A stretch of DNA of 64,000 bases from a virus (Duplodnaviria; Caudoviricetes), in IMG/VR virus record IMGVR_UViG_3300014204_000161, positions 1 through 64,000 of that record, one strand, 5' to 3'. The translations under genes were made by a program, and so were the position numbers. The notes under the pieces are model-generated. The model was not told the origin of the DNA and made no database searches. It saw only the letters and a list, made by a program, of their open reading frames with translations. Shown here one piece after another: positions 55,138 through 64,000 of this stretch (its first letter is position 1; each line of letters opens with the position of its first letter).

Positions 55138-57108
55138 TTAATCCTGCGCAGTTTGTTGAGAGGCAGGAGGTTTGGTAGCGACTGTCGAATTTATGGTTTT
55201 TGCAGTCTGATTCTGAGTATTTTCTTTAACAGCTATGCCATCGATCTTTTTCGTCACGAGTCCTTCGTTTTCTTTCGTTAAATTAGTCACCTTTTCCTTC
55301 AATCCGGAAATTGTCTTGTCCTTCTTTGCTGAGATCTCTGCATCCTGCTTGGAAGTAAGAACGCTGTTGTAATTCGCAGATGAAATCCATGTCCCAGTGT
55401 AGAACAGAGTTTCAGTTCCGTCAGTTTTTGATACTAGAGTCAGCATGAATAAGTTATCATTAGTCATCTGGAGAATCTGCAGAGCAGTTTCCTTTGGAAT
55501 TCTGAATGCAACTTCTCCTCGGCTAGGACTCGTTAAGGTAGGGTCTATCAAGGAATCGAACGTGAATTTCGAAGTTTGGCCGAAATTCAGCTTGAAAACG
55601 GAACCGTTGTTCAAGTCGATTCGTTTCTGGTTCGTAGAATCTACCGGGTTCGCTTCGTAGGCCGTGAACTTTACGAAATTATCTACTGGGTCGATTGGCA
55701 GAATCAATCTACCTTGCCCATAAACGACAGAATCGGTTTCGTTTCCAATCTTGTTCAAAGCATTACCGTGGCTCAACATTATGTCCATCTGCTTGATAGG
55801 CACGTATTCCTGAATCACCACCTTCTTGATTACTTTTTCGATTATTGGAACCGGCGGAACTGGAGTAACCGTGACCTGCGTTGATTTTGGAGCGAACAGG
55901 TTGGAAATTTCGAAGTTCTTCTGGACGATCTTGTTGTATACTTTCATTGACTGCGGACCTTCCGGGAGGTTGATCTTCGTCAATTTCTTTCCGTACTTAT
56001 TTGGATTTATGACGCTTAACGAAGCGGTCTTTATGACCTGATCTCCATTGAGAGTATTCATTAGTCTCAATGTGTAATCTATTGACATTGAAACTGCAAA
56101 TCCTGCTTCTTTTAGGATTGGTCGATAGGTAAGAACTTCATCGAATTTATCGTCCTGGTAAATTATAGCATTGCCAGTTGGGTAAAGAGTTGAACCGATT
56201 TGCTCGTAAACTTGTAATTGATGTGAGAATATCCAGTTTTGGTCAGATCCGCTTTCGTTCAATGATGCGATTAGTGAATCAGGAAATGCTCCATTCCATG
56301 TAGCAAAGAATTCGATGTAATCTCCATCTGCTGCTTCCGCTATTTGACAACCAAGAGCATCGAACTTATTTACTTGAGCAACTGACCCCTCATAGTAGTT
56401 GACGAACTTGTAACGATCGTAGGTAACATTGTTCGGAGCATTGTACTCTTCGTAATTAGCTTCAGCCAAGAAGACAGTTACTGGTGCGTTCTTGATGAAT
56501 CCAACGCCATTAGTGATAGCGTATTCGAGTGAGGCTGACCCAAATTGATCGAAATCTGCATCCATCCGTGGAATTGCTGGGATTTTTACGTCAATGTATC
56601 GATCGTAAATGGTATTCGCAATGAATAACGGATGATTGTTGTAAGTCAATAGGTCGAGGGAAGTTGCGGCATCTAACAGTATCGTAGCTAACTGAATCTG
56701 CTTGAGATCGTTCATCTTGTGCTTTGCACCAACGACAACGTTCTCGACTTCCGTAAAATTGAAACCTGAAGCAAAATGGAAACGCAGAGTGTCCATCACC
56801 AAGTTTGCGCTTAACGATGGACTTAATTCTGTTTCCGTGATGTTAGGGTCGTAATCCGTGTAAATTGGAACGAGGGTTGTGTCAACGTAAATGACCTTTG
56901 ACCCACCAAGAGACACGACGCTCAGGTTCCTTGAGTTATGAGTGGTAGCTGAAAACCCATCAGTATTGTAAATTTGAGCAGTATTGACATTTTTGTTGTC
57001 CACCAAGTAGAATTCGGTCGACAATACCGTTGGAGACGGATCGCCAAGCGGATTGGCCCGGTACTCAAGGATACAATAGCTAGAAAGGTTTACGAAGCTA
57101 GAATTCAT
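55138..57108 (-). CDS. large hypothetical structural-type protein
   Basis: 656 aa, beta-rich, in the late block. Confidence 0.75.
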   Translation of the reverse strand: MNSSFVNLSSYCILEYRANPLGDPSPTVLSTEFYLVDNKNVNTAQIYNTDGFSATTHNSRNLSVVSLGGSKVIYVDTTLVPIYTDYDPNITETELSPSLSANLVMDTLRFHFASGFNFTEVENVVVGAKHKMNDLKQIQLATILLDAATSLDLLTYNNHPLFIANTIYDRYIDVKIPAIPRMDADFDQFGSASLEYAITNGVGFIKNAPVTVFLAEANYEEYNAPNNVTYDRYKFVNYYEGSVAQVNKFDALGCQIAEAADGDYIEFFATWNGAFPDSLIASLNESGSDQNWIFSHQLQVYEQIGSTLYPTGNAIIYQDDKFDEVLTYRPILKEAGFAVSMSIDYTLRLMNTLNGDQVIKTASLSVINPNKYGKKLTKINLPEGPQSMKVYNKIVQKNFEISNLFAPKSTQVTVTPVPPVPIIEKVIKKVVIQEYVPIKQMDIMLSHGNALNKIGNETDSVVYGQGRLILPIDPVDNFVKFTAYEANPVDSTNQKRIDLNNGSVFKLNFGQTSKFTFDSLIDPTLTSPSRGEVAFRIPKETALQILQMTNDNLFMLTLVSKTDGTETLFYTGTWISSANYNSVLTSKQDAEISAKKDKTISGLKEKVTNLTKENEGLVTKKIDGIAVKENTQNQTAKTINSTVATKPPASQQTAQD

Positions 57109-57109
57109 T

Positions 57110-57931
57110 TCATTTGTTGTGTATTTTAATTGTTAGCCACCTAGGTGACAGGTACGCCGCCACGCCGAGGTACGGCAAAAGCTGCGGTTGTTTTTCTAGA
57201 GTAGCCCCATATCCCACCACGAATGCCAAACCTAAGTACATTGATGGTTTCTTATTGAGCTCTTCCTCTATTTTTGTTATTCCTCCCAAGCTTACTTTTG
57301 CTGGGAATGCAGTTCGAGAAGTTACGCTGGCCATTCCAGTTTTCTTATCTCTACTTACTCCAAGTTCAAGTCCCAATCCTACAGTTGTAGTCAGATCAAC
57401 CTTACCTGCTGTTATCTTATTGTCTTTTATCGAAGTCACAACACATCCGTTCACCGAGTAATAGTTCAATGAGTCGTATTTTTTCCCAACGTCGATGACT
57501 ACTGTTGAATCGTTTAGTATGTAACTTCCCTGTCCAGCAATCCTATCCTTAAGGTACTGAATCATTTGATCCTTAAGAACGATTTGAGCAGTTAAGTATG
57601 CTATGAGATCCTGATTCTTTGCATCCTTACCGAGCAAGCTCTTGTATTTAGCATTGATGTCAGAGTACTGATTCTTCAGCATGTCGTTTGTTGCAGTCAG
57701 AACTGAAATTTCGGACATACTATTACCTGCTTTATCCTTCCAATAACGCATGGTGTCATTTGCCACCTTCAAATTATTCGAAAGAATTGATTCTGTTTGT
57801 TTTAGCTTCTGGTTTTCTCTTGCCAGATCATCATTCTTGCTGCACTGCTGCAAGGAAAAGAGTACGAGTATCACGATTATTCCCAACGCGATGAACTTGG
57901 AGTACTTATTGAACCATTGTAATGCTTTCAT
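57110..57931 (-). CDS. N-terminally anchored coiled-coil protein (spanin-like possible)
   Basis: N-terminal TM, 'QQCS', coiled coil, beta C-terminus. Confidence 0.65.
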   Translation of the reverse strand: MKALQWFNKYSKFIALGIIVILVLFSLQQCSKNDDLARENQKLKQTESILSNNLKVANDTMRYWKDKAGNSMSEISVLTATNDMLKNQYSDINAKYKSLLGKDAKNQDLIAYLTAQIVLKDQMIQYLKDRIAGQGSYILNDSTVVIDVGKKYDSLNYYSVNGCVVTSIKDNKITAGKVDLTTTVGLGLELGVSRDKKTGMASVTSRTAFPAKVSLGGITKIEEELNKKPSMYLGLAFVVGYGATLEKQPQLLPYLGVAAYLSPRWLTIKIHNK

Positions 57932-57952
57932 TTCGATGTGTGTTTAGTGGTT

Positions 57953-58204
57953 TTATACTTGCTTTTGCCCTTCAGGTTCAGAATTCATTGCCTGCATCAA
58001 TGCATAGAAGTCCGGGCTTTCTCCAGTTTCGCTCTTTATTTTATCTATTAGGGTTCTCTCTTCTTCCCTTACCTTCATGAGTTCCAATTCGATTTGCTGT
58101 TTTCTAAGCAATAACAATTTGGTCTGTTCTTCGAGGAGTTTCATGTCCTTGGCGATCTTCGCGTACTTGTCAACGATGATCTTTGCTTCATTTGTGTATT
58201 TCAT
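57953..58204 (-). CDS. small coiled-coil protein
   Basis: TAATG overlap with the upstream gene. Confidence 0.7.
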   Translation of the reverse strand: MKYTNEAKIIVDKYAKIAKDMKLLEEQTKLLLLRKQQIELELMKVREEERTLIDKIKSETGESPDFYALMQAMNSEPEGQKQV

Positions 58205-60351
58205 TAGTACGATTTTATCTTGATTCCTTGACTTACTAAAGCATCGTAAATTTCGTGAAGATAGAATTCTGTCAATTCGTTTGAATTTTGTTTAGGCTGT
58301 TCAGCTTTTTCCTTTTCCGTTTTCTTTTCTTCTCGTTGTTCAGCTTGGGACAATTTGCGATTGTCTTCGTTGTTTACTGTGCTGGTATGATTATTGACTG
58401 TATTCGAATTGTTTGCATTAGTTATTTGGGTTTGACCAATCGTTGATAACGTGCTTTGTACTTTTGCTAAAGTTTCATTGACTGTGGTCATAGCCTTAGT
58501 TTCTGGACTGTTTTGCATGATGCCCTTAGCTATTTCCGGAGTCAATTGCTTTTCGGCTGTTTTTACTTTAACGCCAATAGATTCTTGGTCAGATCCTTTG
58601 TTGGCAATTACATTGTGATCGCCGGTTGGAGTAGTTTTAACCGTTGCTCCAATTTGAGATCTTTCGGCCTTTCCTTCATCGATTATTTTTGCCAACAGAT
58701 CCTTTTTGTCTTTGCTAGGATCATGTGGCTCAGAATCAGCCATTGCCTTCTTATCTACGGTCGGCGATTTTGATAGAATGTTAGTGACTGGAGCAGAACT
58801 TACTTTATTGATCACTTGTGTTTTGTCTTCTGCTTTTTGTTCTTTCGCCTTTTCTTTTTCTTCAACTGCAGTTCCTGTCTGACCTGGCGTAGTTGGAGTA
58901 GCCTTATCCCCAAAATATCCGACCTCTTCTAACATTTGCAATTTGAGCAAGGTTGCTTTAAGTTCGGTGTAATCGTACTTCTGTTCAGGTTTTTCCTTTT
59001 CATCAGCTACGATTTTGGTTGCTGAACTAGGAGTAGTTGTAGCATTTTTATTTACAGTAGTTGCTTCTGGTTTCAAAGCTTTACTTTGATCAGTCGGTAC
59101 TTCCTTTTCTTTTTTAATGACCTTTCCATTTTCGTCAACCTGTTGATAGCTGATTGGTTTGAAATTCGACCCTACTGATTCGATTGCACTTATACTTTTT
59201 TCCTTTGGTACTAAGGACTCGTGTATTACTGCTAATGATGATGCTGCTGGCGAACTGTTTCCAACGTTAGCTTTGTCATCCTTTGCTGAGCCGTCTGGGT
59301 TCAGACCGTGTTCAGCATAGTACTTAGCTAGGGCCAATTCAACAGTCAGGACTTCTCCAGGAAGAGTCGTTTGCTTGTTAGTTTTATTCTCTTCCTTTGA
59401 CTGATCTACTGGGACCTTTGGATTATTTTGGACCACAGTTGCTTCCTTAACCGCTTCCTTCTTTTCTTGTTTGCCTGGATCGACTATCGTTGTACTGGGT
59501 GTAGTATTTTCAGGTTTGCTAGTTATTACTGGTTCAACTTTATCTGCTTGACTAGTGACCGTGCTTCCCGGAGTCAATTCGGTGTTCTTCTCTTTCGTTA
59601 AATCTGTAGTACTGGTCGACTTTTCGATCAGAGTTTCTTTGCCGCCTTTTGATTCTGGAACATTCACGTTAACCGTGACAGTTGGAGGTTCAGTTTTTTC
59701 CTTTAGACTTTCCTTTACTTGATTAACATCAGTTTCCTTAGATCCATCGCCAGACGTAACGTACGGTTCCTTATTTGTTAGAGCTGGATCGTTTTTGGTG
59801 GCTGCACTTTCTGCTAATTTAGCTGGAGTAGGTTCGACCTTTTTATTTCGATCTCCTGCCTTTTCTAAATCTTCAATAGAGCCGCTTATTGAATCTTCTC
59901 CGTTCTTTAATATTTCAGTGATTGCTCGTTCCTTAGCTGCTTCTGGCGAAGTTTCGGCCATTGGCGTTTCGGAATAAAGTTCATTTTCCCAATGTCCCTT
60001 ATTCAAGTTATGGCCAATTTCGTAAAGGTAGAAATTCTTGGTGGATCCATCATCCAATGATATAACTTCGTACTCGTAGGTGTAAGTAGTTGGATTAGAA
60101 TCACCTAGCATAGCATTCTCAGCTTCTGCCTGCTTTTGAAAACTTGACTTCTTTGGAGGTTCGCCAGTGGCATCGATCACATCACGTATCGATTTTTCAG
60201 CATCATTCATTTCCTTCTTTTGATCATCTGCTGTTTTGGCATAGCTTGCGAATTTCCTAGTTGCATTAAGAATAATTTTGCCAGCAGCATCGAACGTTTC
60301 TACGTAAATCGTGTTGCCATCTATCCTACTTTTAACTGTGTATGTTGCCAA
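58204..60351 (-). CDS. 715-aa low-complexity K/E/T-rich late protein
   Basis: ATAAATA at 60371-60377; next to baseplate-like genes. Confidence 0.75.
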   Translation of the reverse strand: MATYTVKSRIDGNTIYVETFDAAGKIILNATRKFASYAKTADDQKKEMNDAEKSIRDVIDATGEPPKKSSFQKQAEAENAMLGDSNPTTYTYEYEVISLDDGSTKNFYLYEIGHNLNKGHWENELYSETPMAETSPEAAKERAITEILKNGEDSISGSIEDLEKAGDRNKKVEPTPAKLAESAATKNDPALTNKEPYVTSGDGSKETDVNQVKESLKEKTEPPTVTVNVNVPESKGGKETLIEKSTSTTDLTKEKNTELTPGSTVTSQADKVEPVITSKPENTTPSTTIVDPGKQEKKEAVKEATVVQNNPKVPVDQSKEENKTNKQTTLPGEVLTVELALAKYYAEHGLNPDGSAKDDKANVGNSSPAASSLAVIHESLVPKEKSISAIESVGSNFKPISYQQVDENGKVIKKEKEVPTDQSKALKPEATTVNKNATTTPSSATKIVADEKEKPEQKYDYTELKATLLKLQMLEEVGYFGDKATPTTPGQTGTAVEEKEKAKEQKAEDKTQVINKVSSAPVTNILSKSPTVDKKAMADSEPHDPSKDKKDLLAKIIDEGKAERSQIGATVKTTPTGDHNVIANKGSDQESIGVKVKTAEKQLTPEIAKGIMQNSPETKAMTTVNETLAKVQSTLSTIGQTQITNANNSNTVNNHTSTVNNEDNRKLSQAEQREEKKTEKEKAEQPKQNSNELTEFYLHEIYDALVSQGIKIKSY

Positions 60352-60394
60352 GGGCTGAGAATCTTTTTGTTATTTATTAGAAAGAGAAAAGGCC

Positions 60395-60571
60395 TTAGTC
60401 TTTCGACTCGGCCCTATCTAATTCCATCTTTTCATTTACCTGCGTTCCAGATTCCTGGATCAGCAAGTTCAAGTAGTAAATGTATTCGTAATACGGTAAT
60501 GCATACAGACTGTCGAAAGATTGATTAAGCTTCACTGCTAGAATCCGGTTAATCTCAAATAAGTTCGTCAA
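60395..60571 (-). CDS. small baseplate-hub-assembly-like ORF (T4 gp51-like, tentative)
   Basis: 'NLFEINRIL...SFDSLYALPYYEYIYYLNLL'; TTG start inside the upstream gene, or reached by frameshift. Confidence 0.5.
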   Translation of the reverse strand: MTNLFEINRILAVKLNQSFDSLYALPYYEYIYYLNLLIQESGTQVNEKMELDRAESKD

Positions 60572-61565
60572 GTCCGCCTGAAATAAAGAAAAGATCTTTG
60601 ATCGTGAAGCCGAACTTTGAAAAAAGAGGAGTTGACACTGGTTTTCCACACTTTGGACACGATGTTCCAACCATGGATAACCTAGCGTCCTCCAGCATCT
60701 TTACGAATTTCGTAACGAATGTGAACTTATTGATGTGCCATGAGTAATTCTCAGTGGCCAAATCCTGGTATTTTTGCTGCGTGAAGTTCTGCCAGTCCTG
60801 AATGAGGTACGGGGCAATCGGAATGAAAGCTTTATCGATCTTCCTGCCGTCTGCTCTAGCTTGAGTTATCCTAGCTCTGAGCTTTTCTACTGCTCCAATA
60901 GTTGGCATGTAAATGTAGAAAGTTTCGTTTAGCTTCTGGGATTCGATCTCGAAGCATTTGTACTGTGGAGAGTAGTACTTCATCACGTCATCCGGAAAAT
61001 CGATGAAACTGAGCATCGGGCTCTTCACCTGAAGTTCGTCGGTCCATTTTTCCTGATCAACGCATGGACCTGGACAAGTGAATCTCACGAAGATTGCATT
61101 CTGGTCGTCAGGGAAAGTAATTTCCTGAATAAGGAAAATGAGAGCAAGACGATCGAGTTCGGAAACATCTCGCCAAGTAAGCCAAGCACGTCCTCCCTTA
61201 ATTTTTATCCTGCAACATTTTTCGATAATGAAGTTCAGGGTATCGTCGACGTCCAATCTGTCGTCCTCGTCCATGGTGGACCATTGCCTGATTTCACTAA
61301 CTCCTGCTGAGCGTATGGTGATTTCTGTTCCGTCTGGGTAGAATAGTCCCCTAGACGGAAGGTTTTCTAACGGAACGTTTTTCCAATGGGAGTCGTTAGA
61401 TCCTCCAATTGTGGATTCTGTCATTGGCGTTATTGCTCTGCCTAGATTGGGCGGAACTTGATTTACGACAGGTTGCGGAGTTTCTTGGTTCTTTCCGAAC
61501 TTCCTGTCCTGTTCTTCCAAAAAATCACGGCCAGCAGATTCCAGGTTATCACCCTTTTCTTGCAT
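60555..61565 (-). CDS. baseplate hub subunit/assembly protein (T4 gp26-like, tentative)
   Basis: 'LPSRGLFY...ITIRS...E', Cys motifs 'CPGPC' and 'CPKCG'; ATAAATA at 61589-61595. Confidence 0.65.
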   Translation of the reverse strand: MQEKGDNLESAGRDFLEEQDRKFGKNQETPQPVVNQVPPNLGRAITPMTESTIGGSNDSHWKNVPLENLPSRGLFYPDGTEITIRSAGVSEIRQWSTMDEDDRLDVDDTLNFIIEKCCRIKIKGGRAWLTWRDVSELDRLALIFLIQEITFPDDQNAIFVRFTCPGPCVDQEKWTDELQVKSPMLSFIDFPDDVMKYYSPQYKCFEIESQKLNETFYIYMPTIGAVEKLRARITQARADGRKIDKAFIPIAPYLIQDWQNFTQQKYQDLATENYSWHINKFTFVTKFVKMLEDARLSMVGTSCPKCGKPVSTPLFSKFGFTIKDLFFISGGLDELI

Positions 61566-61601
61566 GGGACTAAATTATTTTACTAATTTATTTATTAGAT
61601 T

Positions 61602-62054
61602 TTATATCAGGAACTCCAGGAAGGTTTTTGCTCGGTGATTCCTGGACTCGGTGAGTCGGTTCAGGGTCTGAGGATAGACCTCGATAAGCTTTCTGGTTTT
61701 AGGATCCCTAATGAAAGCTCTAATGGTTTGAGTTGGGCGGTCGATTTTAAGGGAATCGAAGATCCCGAAAACTACTGTTGGCTGACTTTTTTCGTTAGTA
61801 AATACTGAGTTCACCTTTACGCCACTAATCCGTGACCCCTTCTTAAACATTTGGCTAAGCTTATTGATCTCATCAGCGAATGAATCTACGTTCACAGGAG
61901 CCACCCTAGAGAGATCTGCGAGTGGCAGGATCTTAATAGCGATGCCATTACTGTAAGGAGACCGTGAAGCAGCAAAATTGAAATTTGATCTTCCGTAAAA
62001 TGGAAGACCTTGCATGGCCTGCTGCCTCTGTCCAAATGTCATGATTGGTATCAT
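61602..62054 (-). CDS. hypothetical protein
   Basis: TAATG overlap. Confidence 0.7.
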   Translation of the reverse strand: MIPIMTFGQRQQAMQGLPFYGRSNFNFAASRSPYSNGIAIKILPLADLSRVAPVNVDSFADEINKLSQMFKKGSRISGVKVNSVFTNEKSQPTVVFGIFDSLKIDRPTQTIRAFIRDPKTRKLIEVYPQTLNRLTESRNHRAKTFLEFLI

Positions 62055-62389
62055 TAGACCATAGTAGGTAAGTTTGTCGTTCCTAGAAGAACGATAGTTC
62101 CATCAACTGCTGCCGTTAACTTAGCAACTTGACAGTAGAAAGTGCCGCCTGCTGGGATCTTGATCGTTACTCCGGTTCCACTAGTTCCCTGAACAACGGT
62201 CCATACTGTAACGTCCTGTGCTGAGGCTGCGCAATTATGAACCCCAAACCAAGTTGGTGACATGGTTCCAATTGAACCAGGAATACCATCATTAAGGATA
62301 GCTCCACTAGGATTCGTGTCAGTAAACACCGGCGTATAGATTGTGGCATTATTTGCGTGTTTCTGTACGTATTTTGCAATTACATTCAT
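62054..62389 (-). CDS. small beta-rich structural-type protein
   Basis: Late block; G/T-rich. Confidence 0.7.
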   Translation of the reverse strand: MNVIAKYVQKHANNATIYTPVFTDTNPSGAILNDGIPGSIGTMSPTWFGVHNCAASAQDVTVWTVVQGTSGTGVTIKIPAGGTFYCQVAKLTAAVDGTIVLLGTTNLPTMV

Positions 62390-62403
62390 TGGTTACAATA
62401 TTT

Positions 62404-63123
62404 TTAGCAAGCGCAATCGCTAACGCTGGCATTGCTCTTAGTATAAACGATCAATCCATTTACTGTAGCACAACCTTTAGTATTGTTCGTTATCTCTATT
62501 CTATTTATCAGTTTGACGGCTGACATACTTGTCGGATTCGAAAAGTGAGCGAAAAATGATTCTAACGGCATAGTATTGACCTGTTCGACATAATTTCCAG
62601 AACCATCATCTTTCATGCAAGTTATAGTCAATGTGCAATTGTTATCTTCTATCAGAGTTTCATCGCCTTCTGAATCAGTTGAAGAATAAGTTACATATAG
62701 TAGGATTCCCCTGGCATAATTCTTGGTGTTCGTCAAAAGGTAGTAAGCCGGTAAACTGGAAGCTCCGCCTGCTCCGATCGGTTCGATGTATTCCGTTCCA
62801 TTTCCCAATGGATAATTAACTGGAGTGTTTGCTGGCTGATAGGTTGGTACAATCGTGTCCAATGAGTTATCGAACAATTGAAGGGTATCACCGGAGCATA
62901 TTTCAAAATTTATCTGATTCTGTGTATCGACCGGGTAAATGAAATTCTGTAGGGCGCACCATGATGCGTCAGTCTGTGCCTGATTGAAGACCATGAAGCA
63001 CTTATCGACCAGCCTAAGTGTCTTTTTTCCACTTGTTTGAGAAGCGCAAAGATTTGCAAAAGCAGCGCTGGTTCTCTTTTTTAATGGGTCGTCATTGTAT
63101 TGAATGTATGCCATGTCAGTCAA
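62404..63123 (-). CDS. hypothetical structural-type protein
   Basis: Late block. Confidence 0.75.
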   Translation of the reverse strand: MTDMAYIQYNDDPLKKRTSAAFANLCASQTSGKKTLRLVDKCFMVFNQAQTDASWCALQNFIYPVDTQNQINFEICSGDTLQLFDNSLDTIVPTYQPANTPVNYPLGNGTEYIEPIGAGGASSLPAYYLLTNTKNYARGILLYVTYSSTDSEGDETLIEDNNCTLTITCMKDDGSGNYVEQVNTMPLESFFAHFSNPTSMSAVKLINRIEITNNTKGCATVNGLIVYTKSNASVSDCAC

Positions 63124-63129
63124 CTATTT

Positions 63130-63876
63130 TTACGGATCGTGAGGCCGTTTTAACACTGGGAAGTGTTCTCCCCTAGCAACTATTTCGTCAACGGTTTTAG
63201 TATGGCGAGTAGTTTCATCTATGTTATTTAATTGCGGAGTGACGGCAAGTTGTTCCGTAGTCGCAGGTATTACTTCCGGTTCGGTGGTAGTTGTGACAGA
63301 TTCTTCAATCGGTTGACTTGGTTCTGGTATTTTCTCTGCGATTGTAGTTGTTGCGGTTTCAAGTTGAGGTAATTCTTCCGGCTCCGAAGGTGGAAGACTA
63401 ACTGGCTTCTCTTCAGTTATTTCAGCCGGTTCATTTTTGGTTTCGTCCGGTTTGATGTAATCGACTAGGGCTTTGATGAAGCCTAATGCTACCATTGGTA
63501 GGATTGCTCCACTGATTAGACCGAGGATTCGTTTCTGATAAATTATATCCTCGTCCACCAGACCAAACAGTTCTATCCATTGCTGGTAATCCTTTGCGTG
63601 AGAGTATGCGAAGTAAGTATTTCCCATTGCCTGCATTGCCGTTAGAACAATGAACAGGGCCCAAACTATAGTCTTATTCATCTTGCGCAATGCAACGATA
63701 GAAGCCAATGAAGCCGCAGCTCCAACTTCGTAAGCCACAGCAAGGCCAATTGCCAACCACATCGGGTTAGTTAACGCGAAAAAATCAACGACGTGAACCG
63801 TTGATATGAGGGAAGTAATTACGTAGAGCAACGTGAATGCACTTATTACGAAATAGTGCACCGTTTTCTTTTTCAT
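63130..63876 (-). CDS. membrane protein (4 TM + P/T/E-rich tail)
   Basis: Hydrophobic N-terminal half. Confidence 0.75.
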   Translation of the reverse strand: MKKKTVHYFVISAFTLLYVITSLISTVHVVDFFALTNPMWLAIGLAVAYEVGAAASLASIVALRKMNKTIVWALFIVLTAMQAMGNTYFAYSHAKDYQQWIELFGLVDEDIIYQKRILGLISGAILPMVALGFIKALVDYIKPDETKNEPAEITEEKPVSLPPSEPEELPQLETATTTIAEKIPEPSQPIEESVTTTTEPEVIPATTEQLAVTPQLNNIDETTRHTKTVDEIVARGEHFPVLKRPHDP

Positions 63877-63879
63877 CTA

Positions 63880-63999
63880 TTATTTGCTTCCAATTTTTTT
63901 AAGCTCCTCGTCAATAGCAGTTTGACGATTAACATCTAGCATTTTTCGATCGGTTGCCTGAATCATACGTTTTTCTGCTTTTAGACCTTCGATCGTGAG
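63880..63999 (-). CDS. 3' end of a gene truncated by the window edge
   Basis: Open frame LTIEGLKAEKRMIQ...KKIGSK*. Confidence 0.6.
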   Translation of the reverse strand, partial: LTIEGLKAEKRMIQATDRKMLDVNRQTAIDEELKKIGSK

Positions 64000-64000
64000 A

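Larger units (their letters stand above)
212..62510. promoter_or_regulatory. late-type promoter motif ATAAATA (T4 TATAAATA-like), about 25 copies just upstream of starts
   Basis: Examples on +: 212, 23753, 25315, 25751, 29821, 31324, 34016, 36745, 45877. On -: 1775, 2938, 6251, 14110, 16672, 29801, 31309, 45855, 51081, 55100, 60371, 61589. Confidence 0.8.

Noticed and set aside
1-64000. Genome-wide TAG (or TGA) recoding
   Set aside because: Recognisable genes are full length in code 11 and several end naturally at TAG or TGA; only one in-frame TAG was noticed.

Overview
This window looks like a segment of a large T4-like (jumbo-type) tailed phage genome, most likely infecting Bacteroidota. 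The host call rests on TAnnTT(T/A)(G/A) -7 promoter boxes, DUF3127 and DUF4494 genes, and a Bacteroidota-type short sigma70 homologue. No capsid or terminase gene is recognisable here. About 1-22 kb is a GC-richer early/host-takeover region of small leftward genes, most with their own copy of a fixed-spacing promoter (26 copies). This region also holds a phage sigma factor, ORF-less promoter-driven units, integron attC-like cassette remnants and a non-canonical tRNA-like gene. At about 21.5-22.2 kb, divergent early promoters flank a hairpin-rich leader and a CCNGG array phased at one helical turn. The 22-64 kb region carries DNA-metabolism genes (thyX, ligase, exonucleases, HD-guanylate kinase fusion), glycosyl- and methyltransferases, and an ~425-nt structured ncRNA candidate. 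It also carries many late (ATAAATA-promoter) genes whose products start with a T4 capsid-targeting-like motif, a core/scaffold-like gene with a canonical -1 frameshift signal, and baseplate-like genes. All family assignments come from motif recognition by eye; no database search or folding program was run.
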